DNA from: Gemmatimonadales bacterium
GTDB taxonomy: Bacteria; Gemmatimonadota; Gemmatimonadetes; Gemmatimonadales; GWC2-71-9
Direction of reading: 5' to 3'
DNA: 64,000 bases
NCBI GenBank assembly: GCA_035491895.1
Contig: DATJJY010000084.1
Coordinates: forward strand, 7,192-71,191
The notes below the pieces were generated by a model that was not told where the DNA came from, did not search any database, and saw nothing but the letters and a program-made list of their open reading frames with translations. This document shows, one piece after another, positions 36,099 through 44,166 of this stretch; the first letter of the stretch is position 1; each line of letters starts with the position of its first letter. A program made the translations under genes and the position numbers.

Positions 36099-37565
36099 TT
36101 AACAGTCGTAATAGAGGAAGAACTCGTACGGATGCGGCCGCAACGCGACCGGATCGATCTCCTTGGCCCGCTTGTAACCGAGCCACGTATCGATGAGGTC
36201 CTGCGTGAAGACGCCGCCCTCGAGCAGGAACGCGTGGTCGGCCTCGAGCGCCGCCAGCGACTCGGCGAGGCTTCCCGGCGTGTTCTTGACGTGCTTCCGC
36301 TCCGCCGGCTCGAGCTCGTACAGGTCCACGTCCATCGGCTTCGGCGGCTCGATCTTGTTGCGCAGCCCGTCCAGCCCCGCCATCAGGAGCGCGGCGAAGG
36401 TGAGGTACGGGTTGCTCGACGGGTCGGGCGCGCGGAACTCGATCCGTTTCGACTTCGCCGACTTCGAGTACATCGGGATGCGGCAGATCGCCGAGCGGTT
36501 GCGCTGTGAGTAGATGAGGTTGATCGGCGCCTCGTACCCCGGCACCAGCCGCCGGTAGCTGTTGGTCGTCGGGGCGGCGAAGGCGAGCAGCGCCGCCGCA
36601 TGCTTGATGAGCCCGCCGATGTACCAGCGCGCTGGGTCGGACAGCAGCGCGTAGCCCTTCGGGTCGTAGAACAGGTTCGTCTTGTCGTTCCACAGGCTCA
36701 TGTGCACGTGCATCCCGGAGCCGTTGTCGCCGTACATCGGCTTCGGCATGAACGTCGCCGTGTAGCCGTACTGGGCGCAGACGTTCTTCACGACGTACTT
36801 GTACATCATCACCTGGTCGGCCATACGGGTGAGGGTCGTGAAGCGCATGTCGATTTCGGTCTGGCCCGCGGTGCCCACCTCGTGGTGATGCACTTCCACG
36901 TCGATCCCGGCCGCGATCAGCGCCAGCATGATGCGGGAGCGCAGATCCTGCAGCTTGTCCACCGGCGGCACCGGGAAGTAGCCCTCCTTGTGCCGCGGCC
37001 GGTGGCCCAGATTCGGCGTGCCGTTGGCCCCCGAGTTCCAGATCCCCTCGACGGAATCGAGGTGGTAGTAGCCTTCGTGCGCGTTCTGGTCATAGCGCGC
37101 CGAGTTGAAGATGTAGAACTCGGCCTCGGGCCCGAAGTAGGCGGTGGTCGCGACGCCGCTCTTCACGAGGTACTGCTCAGCCTTCTGGGCGACGTAGCGC
37201 GGGTCGCGCGTGTAGCGCTCTCCCGTGATTGGATCCCCGATATCGCACGTCAGGGAGAGCGTCGGCACCTGCAGGCACGGATCGACGAAGGCGCTCGCCG
37301 GATCGGGGTACAGCAGCATGTCGCTCTCGTTGATCGCCTGAAATCCGCGGATCGACGACCCGTCGAAGCCCAGCCCTTCACTGAAGACGTCCTCGCTCAG
37401 CTCTTTCAACGGCAGCGAGAAATGCTGCCACGTGCCCGGGAGATCACAGAACTTCACGTCCACCACCTGCACGCCGGCCTCGCGGGCGCGGCGGATCACT
37501 TCGGCAGGCGACGGCTTACCCCCTCCCTTCGCCTCGCTTCTTGTCGGCTCCAACGTCGCGGTCAT
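36099..37565 (-). CDS. glnA: Glutamine synthetase, type I-beta-like (long form with adenylylation-loop Tyr)
   Basis: Start MTATLEPTRSE (ATG 37565). ..VDVKFCDLPGTWQHF..FDGSSIRGF..EAEFYIF..GSGMHVHMSLW..NSYRRLVPGYEAPINL..SQRNRSAICRIP. KPMDVDLYELEP aligns with the enterobacterial KPMDKNLYDLPP adenylylation site. Confidence 0.9.
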   Translation of the reverse strand: MTATLEPTRSEAKGGGKPSPAEVIRRAREAGVQVVDVKFCDLPGTWQHFSLPLKELSEDVFSEGLGFDGSSIRGFQAINESDMLLYPDPASAFVDPCLQVPTLSLTCDIGDPITGERYTRDPRYVAQKAEQYLVKSGVATTAYFGPEAEFYIFNSARYDQNAHEGYYHLDSVEGIWNSGANGTPNLGHRPRHKEGYFPVPPVDKLQDLRSRIMLALIAAGIDVEVHHHEVGTAGQTEIDMRFTTLTRMADQVMMYKYVVKNVCAQYGYTATFMPKPMYGDNGSGMHVHMSLWNDKTNLFYDPKGYALLSDPARWYIGGLIKHAAALLAFAAPTTNSYRRLVPGYEAPINLIYSQRNRSAICRIPMYSKSAKSKRIEFRAPDPSSNPYLTFAALLMAGLDGLRNKIEPPKPMDVDLYELEPAERKHVKNTPGSLAESLAALEADHAFLLEGGVFTQDLIDTWLGYKRAKEIDPVALRPHPYEFFLYYDC

Positions 37566-37620
37566 GTGCTCGATCCCCTCTCCCTTGTCGGTCGGCGTGA
37601 ACGGGTGGTCAAAACGACGA

Positions 37621-37652
37621 AAGCCCGCCTCCGGGCTCGGTGCGACGGGCTT
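37621..37652 (-). terminator. Terminator-like hairpin inside the GSI-beta leader (possible attenuator)
   Basis: Minus-strand RNA reads GAAGCCCG..GAGCCCG-GAGG-CGGGCUUUCGUCGUUUU. That is a 6-7-bp GC stem with a tetraloop and U-rich tail, about 45 nt upstream of the ATG. An upstream AAGCCCG copy offers alternative pairing. Confidence 0.35.
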
Positions 37653-37689
37653 CCTGAAACTCGGGTCGCCATTGATTCTGGCATGGCGC

Positions 37690-37718
37690 AAGGTAGCCGG
37701 CACCAGGATTAGCGTCAA
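37690..37718 (-). promoter_or_regulatory. Putative sigma-70-type promoter of GSI-beta glnA
   Basis: Minus strand TTGACG-N17-TACCTT. This is the same TTGACN-N17-TACCTT arrangement as upstream of csp at 60327-60355. Confidence 0.35.
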
Positions 37719-37831
37719 GCAATTCCCGCGCCAGCTGCAAGAAATACTTGGTTTGTGCTCTGAGACTCGTGAAAAGCGACGATTTGTAGTTGGCAATGCG
37801 CAACATTTGCATAATTCGAGCGACAACCCCT

Positions 37832-38095
37832 TCAGCCTGGGATGGCCTCTACGAATTGCACCAGCTCGACGGCCGAAAATTCACCGAACCGCTCGAGGAT
37901 GTCCTTTTCCTGGCGCTCGAGAAACACCCAACCCGTCGTCTTGTGTTGGCCGTCTCCCACGAAGTGCATCCGGCCGCGCACCGCTTCCAGCTCGGCGTCG
38001 GGTTGGAACTCGAGATACACGTTCCAGCGGCTTTGCCCGCGCTTCAGCTCACCCATGTGACGGGTACGATCCTGTCCCGGAAAATCCTCAGCCAT
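37832..38095 (-). CDS. Small hypothetical protein (about 87 aa)
   Basis: ORF MAEDFPGQDRTRHMGELKRGQSRWNVYLEFQPDAELEAVRGRMHFVGDGQHKTTGWVFLERQEKDILERFGEFSAVELVQFVEAIPG. No recognised motif. Confidence 0.4.
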   Translation of the reverse strand: MAEDFPGQDRTRHMGELKRGQSRWNVYLEFQPDAELEAVRGRMHFVGDGQHKTTGWVFLERQEKDILERFGEFSAVELVQFVEAIPG

Positions 38096-38213
38096 ACTCA
38101 CTACGCTACGCTGTCTATTGGCATCATGCCAGCCAGTGCCGCTCCGGCTCTTCTCGACCAAGCCTTCGAACGCTCCGCCTTGCTGGAACGGCACGAGTTA
38201 GATTGCTCGCACC

Positions 38214-38897
38214 ATGACCTGTCATTCCTGTGGAACGACACTCTCCGAAGGCGCACGCTACTGCCACAAGTGCGGCGCCAGCACTACCGCCCCGGCGACC
38301 GGTTGGCGCGTGGGCCTACCGTGGGGGATCGCGGGATTGGCGCTCGGCGCGCTGATCGGCGTCCTCGCGATGCGCGGCAGCGGCGGCGCCGGTACAGCGG
38401 GATCCGCTGAGCCGGCCGCGCCGTTCGCCGGGGGAGCGCCCGCGACCGGTATTGCCGCACCCGATATCAGCCAGATGTCTCCGGAAGAGCGGGCCCAACG
38501 CCTCTTCGATCGCGTCATGCGCCTCGATGAGGCTGGTAAGTCCGACAGCGTGCGGTTCTTCCTGCCGATGGCGCTGGGCGCCTACGAACAGCTGCCGGCG
38601 CTATCGCTCGACGCCCACTTCGACGTCGGTCTGCTGAAGCTCGCGGGGGGAGACGCGGCTGGGGCGCTCGCTCAGGCCGACACGATTCGCCGCCAGATCA
38701 CGACCCATCTCTTCGCGGACATCCTGCGCGCCCGGGCGCTCGAGGCGCAGAATGACGCTCGCGGGGCGCGGGTCGCCTATCAGGACTTCCTCAAGAACGA
38801 AGCCAGCGAGCGCGCGCGCCGTCGGCCGGAGTACGCCGACCGCTCGAACTTGCTGGACGCGTTCCACGGGGATGCGGTGAGTCACACCGCTAAGTGA
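38214..38897 (+). CDS. Zinc-ribbon / single-TM / helical-repeat protein
   Basis: MTCHSCGTTLSEGARYCHKCGAS (CxxC-N10-CxxC zinc ribbon), TM helix GLPWGIAGLALGALIGVLAM, then a helical TPR-like C-terminal domain. Confidence 0.65.
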   Translation: MTCHSCGTTLSEGARYCHKCGASTTAPATGWRVGLPWGIAGLALGALIGVLAMRGSGGAGTAGSAEPAAPFAGGAPATGIAAPDISQMSPEERAQRLFDRVMRLDEAGKSDSVRFFLPMALGAYEQLPALSLDAHFDVGLLKLAGGDAAGALAQADTIRRQITTHLFADILRARALEAQNDARGARVAYQDFLKNEASERARRRPEYADRSNLLDAFHGDAVSHTAK

Positions 38898-39441
38898 GGT
38901 TGGGTTCGACCTTCGTACGGTAGCAGTCGGGGCAGATGCCGTGGCTGAACTCCGCCTGCGACCGATGCTCGATGTACCCTTCCAGCTCGCTCCATTGATC
39001 CGACTCGTTCCGAATCCGCTTGCAGTAGCTGCAGATCGGCAATAGTCCCTCGAGGGCGTCGATCCGCTGCCGGATCCCGAGGATCCGCTGCGCCACGCCG
39101 AGCCGGGCCTTCAGCTCGTCCCCATCCACCGGCTTGGTGATGAAGTCGTCGATCCCCGATTCCATCGCGGTGAGGAAACTCTCCTTCCCACCCCGCCCGG
39201 TCAGCAGGATGAAGTAGGTGTAGAGCGGGGAGCGTGCTGCGCGGATCTGCCGGCACAGCTCCAGGCCGTCCATCTCCGGCATCATCCAGTCCGAAATCAC
39301 GACTCGCGCCTCGGTGAGACGCCAGGCGTCCAACGCCTCCTGCCCGTCGTTCGCCGCGGTGACCTGATAGCCCGCCGCCTTGAGCACCGCCTGCAGCGTC
39401 AGCCGGCCGACGGGATCGTCCTCGGCGATGAGGACGTTCAA
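38890..39441 (-). CDS. Response regulator: REC domain + small C-terminal CxxC...HGxCPxC domain
   Basis: TTG start 39441 (TTGA overlap with the upstream stop). NVLIAEDDPVGRL..VVISDWMMPEMDG..ITKP receiver domain. C-terminus LPICSYCKRIRNESDQWSELEGYIEHRSQAEFSHGICPDCY. Confidence 0.85.
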   Translation of the reverse strand: MNVLIAEDDPVGRLTLQAVLKAAGYQVTAANDGQEALDAWRLTEARVVISDWMMPEMDGLELCRQIRAARSPLYTYFILLTGRGGKESFLTAMESGIDDFITKPVDGDELKARLGVAQRILGIRQRIDALEGLLPICSYCKRIRNESDQWSELEGYIEHRSQAEFSHGICPDCYRTKVEPNLT

Positions 39442-40622
39442 ACGGAGCCTGAGGCGGCCGGTGGCGCCAGTGGAGCGGCAGTGGGCGAAGGGCCCTGCAG
39501 CGGCACGACGAACCAGAACGTACTGCCCTGCCCCACGACGCTCTCCACGCCGATCGTCCCCCCGTGGGCTTCGACCGCGAACTTGCAGAAGGTGAGCCCG
39601 AGACCGCTCGAGTGTTTGGCGCCGTGGCGCGCCGCCTCGACCTGTCCGAACTTCTCGAAGATTTTCTCGTGGAACTCGCTCGGAATGCCCGGCCCGGTGT
39701 CGCCGACGGATACCCGCACGGCTCGGTCATCGCCCCGAACGAACACGCGGATGCGTCCTGAGGCCGGCGTGAACTTGATCGCGTTCCCGACGAGGTTGGC
39801 GATCACCCGGCGGATCACGCTCGGATCGATCATCGCCCGCAGCCGCTCGGGACCTTGCTCGAGCTGCAGCGACACGCGCCGGGCAGCAGCACCGATGCTG
39901 GTGACGGCATCGGTCGCCACCGTCCCGACATCGGTCAGCGCCAGCTCGAGCGGCATCTTCCCCGCTTCGAGGCGGCTCACGTCGAGCAAATCGCTCACCA
40001 TCTCGGTCATCTCGACCGCGACCTTGCGCGCCTCGTCGATCGATTGGGTCATCTCCTGATCGAGCCGGCCCGCCCCGTCGAGCTTCAGGAGATCGAGGTA
40101 GGCCCGTATCCCGGCGAGCGGGGAGCGCAGGTCGTGCACGATCATGTGCACCAGACTGTCGCGCAGCAGCTCGAGCCGCTCCAGCCGCTGGTACTGCTGC
40201 TCCACCTCGACGTACAGCTGGTGCATGCGGACGGCGTTGCGCACGCGCAGGGTCAAGTCACTCTTGTCGATCGGCTTCGTGATGTAATCGTTCGCCCCGG
40301 CGCCGATGCCCAGCAGGCGCTGGTCCCGCTGGCTGAGCGCGGTCACGAGCAGCACGGGGATGGACGCGGTGGACGGTTCGGACTTGATCCGGCGGCACAC
40401 CTCGAAGCCGTCCATCCCGGGCATCCCGATGTCCAGGAGGACCACGTCCGGGGCCATCGTCGCGACCTGCTGCAGCGCCTCGGACCCGTCGACGGCCTCG
40501 ATGACCTCGTGGCCCTGCGCTTCGAGCAGATCGCGCAGCAGCAGACGGTTGGGATCCTGGTCGTCGACGACCAGGACACGCCCCGTCACCGCCTCGCGGC
40601 GGCGCAGCGCCGGCTCGGTCAC
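39438..40622 (-). CDS. REC-histidine kinase (receiver + HisKA + HATPase_c)
   Basis: GTG start 40622 (GTGA overlap). RVLVVDDQDPNRLLL..VVLLDIGMPGMDG..ITKP. H-box MIVHDLRSPLAGI. N/G boxes NLVGNAIKFT, DTGPGIP, GLGLTFCK. Confidence 0.9.
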   Translation of the reverse strand: MTEPALRRREAVTGRVLVVDDQDPNRLLLRDLLEAQGHEVIEAVDGSEALQQVATMAPDVVLLDIGMPGMDGFEVCRRIKSEPSTASIPVLLVTALSQRDQRLLGIGAGANDYITKPIDKSDLTLRVRNAVRMHQLYVEVEQQYQRLERLELLRDSLVHMIVHDLRSPLAGIRAYLDLLKLDGAGRLDQEMTQSIDEARKVAVEMTEMVSDLLDVSRLEAGKMPLELALTDVGTVATDAVTSIGAAARRVSLQLEQGPERLRAMIDPSVIRRVIANLVGNAIKFTPASGRIRVFVRGDDRAVRVSVGDTGPGIPSEFHEKIFEKFGQVEAARHGAKHSSGLGLTFCKFAVEAHGGTIGVESVVGQGSTFWFVVPLQGPSPTAAPLAPPAASGSV

Positions 40623-41011
40623 GACCGCCTCCGCGGCGGCAGGAGGCGTGCCACGAGCTGTGGCAGGGTGCGCGTGTCGATCGGCTTGGTGACGTACGCG
40701 TCGAACCCCGCAAGGCGGGCCTGGACCTCGTCACCGGTCATGGCCTGCGCCGTCATCGCGACAGTGGGAATGGCGCTCGTCCGCGCATCCTCCTTCAATG
40801 CCCGCACCGCTGCCAGCCCATCCATACCGGGGAGCCGGACGTCCAGCAGGATGAGATCGGGTCGCTCGGCGCGGGCGAGGCGGAGTCCTTCCTCGGCGGT
40901 GTGCGCCTGCAGCACGGCATGGCCCTGCGCGCGCAGCACTTCCGTCGCCAGCTCGAGATTCAGGGCGTTGTCCTCCACAATCAGGATTCGTGTTTCGGGG
41001 GCGCTCGTCAA
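40619..41011 (-). CDS. Single-domain CheY-like response regulator
   Basis: TTG start 41011 (TTGA overlap with the hybrid-kinase stop). RILIVEDNALNLELA..LILLDVRLPGMDG..AMTAQAM..DAYVTKP. Confidence 0.8.
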   Translation of the reverse strand: MTSAPETRILIVEDNALNLELATEVLRAQGHAVLQAHTAEEGLRLARAERPDLILLDVRLPGMDGLAAVRALKEDARTSAIPTVAMTAQAMTGDEVQARLAGFDAYVTKPIDTRTLPQLVARLLPPRRRS

Positions 41012-43974
41012 GCGGCCGGCTGCCTCGCGGCCGGACAGACCCGGGCCAATTCGGCCAACAGCTCGGCGGGGCCGTCCTTGCGAACCACCGCCTGGACCCC
41101 GTCCAGCAGCCGCGCCCGGTCCTCGGCGGTCAACTCCTTGCCGGTGAACACGAGGATCGGGATGTTGCGCCCCGCCGGGTGGTCGCGCAGCTGCCGCACG
41201 ACCTGGAATCCGGTCATTCCGGGCATCACGAGATCGAGCACGATGACGTCGGGATGGTGCGCCAGCGCCAGTTCGACACCGGTCCGGCCGTCGGTCGCCG
41301 AGAGGGCCCGCAGCCCGTTGCGATTCAGTGTTTCGGTGAGCAGCTCGACCGTCGGCGCTTCGTCGTCGACCACGAGTACCGTCGGCGTGTGGCCGATCGG
41401 AATCGCGCCCATCGACCGGCGGACGGCGGCGACGAAGCTGTCGCGCTGCACCGGCTTCACGAGCCACTCCACCGCTCCCAGGCTGAGCCCCAGCTCGCGG
41501 TGATCAGTGATGCTGACCACGATGATCGGGATCCGCCGTGTGGCCGTGGTGCTCTTGAGCTGCCCCAGAATCGCGATTCCGTCTTCCCCGGGGAGCAGGA
41601 TGTCGAGGGTAATGGCGTCGGGCTTCAGGGTTCTGGCGAGCGCGACGGCCTGCGACCCGGTCGTGGCGTGCGCGACGCGGTAGCCCGCCTCCTTCAGGAA
41701 GTGCCCCAGCAGGTCGCCGGCCCGGGCGTCGTCCTCCACGACCAGGACGAGCGGTCCCTGCGCCTGGCGCGGGGGCGGGACCGCCGCGAGTGTGGTCGCG
41801 ACCATCGGGGGCGACGCGCTCGGCTGGGCGCGCAGCGGCAGGTAGAACCGGAAGGTGCTGCCGCGATCGATCTCGCTCTCCACCTGAATGCGGCCGCCAT
41901 GCAGCTCCACGAGCTTCTTCGTCAGGGCGAGACCCAGCCCCGTTCCCTGCTGCTCGCGGACATACTCGGAATCGAGCTGCTCGAACTCGCGGAAAATGCG
42001 CCGCAGGTCTTCCGGCGCAATCCCGATCCCGGTGTCGGTCACGGCGACTTCGATCACGGGCTCGCCCGGCGGACGCCGCGCCGTGATGCGGATGCGGCCG
42101 CCGTCGGGGGTGAACTTGATCGCGTTGCTGAGCAAGTTGACCGTGATCTGGCTGAACTTCGCGGGATCGGCGACGATCGACGGCAGGCCTGCCTCGACGT
42201 CCACTTCCATAATATGGTGTTTCTGCTCCGCGATCGGATCCATGAGCGCCCGGACCTCGGCCAACGCCTGTGCCACCTCGAATTGCGAGAGGGTGAGCTC
42301 CATCCTGCCGGCTTCGACCTTCGAGAGGTCGAGAATATCGTTGATGACCTGCAGCAGCAGCCGGCCCGACGCCAGGACGTTGTGGACGTAGCGGTGCTGT
42401 TTCTCGTTGAGGGTGCCGAACGTCTGGTCCTCGAGCATCTCGGAGAACCCGATGATCGAGTTCAGCGGGGTGCGGAGCTCGTGACTCATCTTCGCGAGAA
42501 ACTCCGACTTGGTGCGATTGGCCGTTTCCGCCGCCGACCGGGCCCGCCGCAGCTCCTCCTCGGCCCGCACCCGCTCGCTGATGTCGAGCCAGGCGCCCAG
42601 GATCTGTACCGGCGCTCCTCCGGCATCGCGCAGCACGCGCGACTCGTCGCGCATCCAGTGGTAGGTCCCGTCGCGGAAGAGAAACCGGTACTCGCGCGTG
42701 AACCGGTCTTGCACCAGCAGCGCGGGCATCTCCGCCAGCAGCCGCTCGCGCTCCTCGGGATGGAACCGCTCCGCCGCCCAGGCGGGATCGAGAGCGTCGG
42801 CGATATCGTAGCCGGTGAGGTGGGAGAAGTTTTCGCTCACGAAGGTCGGGATCAGCTTCCCGGGGCGGATGTCGAGGGCGTAGATGACGGTGCTCGAGAA
42901 CGCCAGCACCTGCTGCAGCCGGGTCTCGGCGGCGCGTAGGGCCGCGGCGGCCTGGCGCTGCTCGGTGATGTCTTCCGACACGCCCAGCAGGAACTGCGGG
43001 CGGCCGGAGGCGTCGAGCACCGGGACCTTCTTGGTATGGAGAATCCGCGTGCCCTTGTGGCGGGTATGGATGACCTCTTCGGGGATGTCCAGCACGGTGC
43101 CGCGCGCCAGGACCTCGCGGTCCTTTCCCACGAAGAAGCGCGCCTCCGCCTCCGGAAAGAAGTCGAAGTCGTTCTTGCCGATCAGCTCCTCGCGCGTGTA
43201 CCCCAGCAGCTCCTCGCCCGCCCGGTTGAAGCGCACGAAGCCCAGGTCTTTGGCGTCCTTGATAAAGACCATGTGGGGGATCTGTTCGATCACCGAATCG
43301 AGGAAGGAACGGTAGCGCAACACCTCCGTCTCCGCCCGGTCCCGGTCGGCGATGTTCCGGGCAAACAGCAGCCGTGAGATGAGCACCAGCGCGACGGTCA
43401 GGAACGCCCCCGCCACGATCGTGATGCGGGCGACTCGCCCCGCCAGCCGGACCCGCGTTTCCAGCTGCTCGGTCCGTCTCGCGAGCGTGGAGTCCAACGC
43501 CTGCACGCTCGTGCGGATGCCATCCAGGAGATGGTCTCCCGCCTCTGCTCCCAGGCGGCTGACGGCGGCTGTGGTATTGCCGCTGTTTCGCAACGCGATC
43601 GGCTGATCGAGGTCCGACAGGGTCGCCTGGACCGCCGGCCCCAGCGGCGCCATGAGGAGCCCGAGCGCCGTATCGGACGCGGCGAGCGCGCGCACCCAGT
43701 CGAGGTCGTGCGTGGTGGCGGTGACCATGCGGGCGTACCGACCGAGATAGGACGAATCTCCGGTCAGCACGTAGCCGCGCCGTCCCGATTCGGCGTCTTC
43801 GAGGTGAATGATGAGGTTGGACAGGGCACCACGCGCTTCGAAGGCGTTGCGCCGGTTCCGCGCCGCGGCGAGAGAACCGCTGACGCTCCAATACGACACG
43901 CTGCCGACCACGAGCACCATGCCGAGGGCGGAGCCCAGACCCAGGTTCGCGATGCGCCGCAAGGATGTCGTCAT
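41008..43974 (-). CDS. Hybrid sensor histidine kinase: CHASE3 + TM + 2x PAS + HisKA/HATPase_c + 2x REC
   Basis: Start MTTSLRRIANLGLG (ATG 43974). CHASE3-like ..LIIHLEDAESGRRGYVLTGDSSYL.. PAS regions (..IPHMVFIKDAKD..; ..YRFLFRDGTYHWMRDE..). H-box KMSHELRTPLNSI. GTGLGLALTKKLVELHGG. Two receivers (LVLVVEDD..ITLDILLPGEDG; VLVVDDE..VIVLDLVMPGMTG). Confidence 0.9.
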   Translation of the reverse strand: MTTSLRRIANLGLGSALGMVLVVGSVSYWSVSGSLAAARNRRNAFEARGALSNLIIHLEDAESGRRGYVLTGDSSYLGRYARMVTATTHDLDWVRALAASDTALGLLMAPLGPAVQATLSDLDQPIALRNSGNTTAAVSRLGAEAGDHLLDGIRTSVQALDSTLARRTEQLETRVRLAGRVARITIVAGAFLTVALVLISRLLFARNIADRDRAETEVLRYRSFLDSVIEQIPHMVFIKDAKDLGFVRFNRAGEELLGYTREELIGKNDFDFFPEAEARFFVGKDREVLARGTVLDIPEEVIHTRHKGTRILHTKKVPVLDASGRPQFLLGVSEDITEQRQAAAALRAAETRLQQVLAFSSTVIYALDIRPGKLIPTFVSENFSHLTGYDIADALDPAWAAERFHPEERERLLAEMPALLVQDRFTREYRFLFRDGTYHWMRDESRVLRDAGGAPVQILGAWLDISERVRAEEELRRARSAAETANRTKSEFLAKMSHELRTPLNSIIGFSEMLEDQTFGTLNEKQHRYVHNVLASGRLLLQVINDILDLSKVEAGRMELTLSQFEVAQALAEVRALMDPIAEQKHHIMEVDVEAGLPSIVADPAKFSQITVNLLSNAIKFTPDGGRIRITARRPPGEPVIEVAVTDTGIGIAPEDLRRIFREFEQLDSEYVREQQGTGLGLALTKKLVELHGGRIQVESEIDRGSTFRFYLPLRAQPSASPPMVATTLAAVPPPRQAQGPLVLVVEDDARAGDLLGHFLKEAGYRVAHATTGSQAVALARTLKPDAITLDILLPGEDGIAILGQLKSTTATRRIPIIVVSITDHRELGLSLGAVEWLVKPVQRDSFVAAVRRSMGAIPIGHTPTVLVVDDEAPTVELLTETLNRNGLRALSATDGRTGVELALAHHPDVIVLDLVMPGMTGFQVVRQLRDHPAGRNIPILVFTGKELTAEDRARLLDGVQAVVRKDGPAELLAELARVCPAARQPAA

Positions 43975-44166
43975 GCGATCCGATGCCGGAGACCCCCCGA
44001 TCTTCATGTAGGGGTGGAGGATCGACGGTCCTAGGTCGTTTTTGCGCCACACAGGGGCGGGAACGCGACAAGTGCCGTGAGGCGGTGTGCGCCTACCTGA
44101 CTAACTTTGAGCACCTCGAAGTCTTAGAATAGTTGCAACTCGCAGCCTGGTTGAGGGAGGGCCGCC

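Noticed and set aside
37566-37620. Glutamine (glnA-motif) riboswitch in the GSI-beta leader, suggested by CGUUCAC.
   Set aside because: Only the CGUUCAC heptamer matches. The conserved GGAAGU/ACGGAAGG elements and the three-stem junction are not present.
37690-37712. Sigma-54 promoters. One candidate is CTGGTGCCGGCTACCTTGC upstream of glnA-beta. The other is TGGCCGGGGGATGCA at about 49775-49790 on the minus strand.
   Set aside because: The GG-to-GC spacing is wrong, about 3 nt too long in the first case and 1 nt too short in the second, relative to TGGCAC-N5-TTGCW.
43975-44166. Divergent promoter between the hybrid kinase and the HD-GYP gene (TAGAAT at 44124-44129).
   Set aside because: A -10-like hexamer is present, but no -35 element lies at acceptable spacing (TTGAGC is only 12 nt away). 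This is too weak to annotate.
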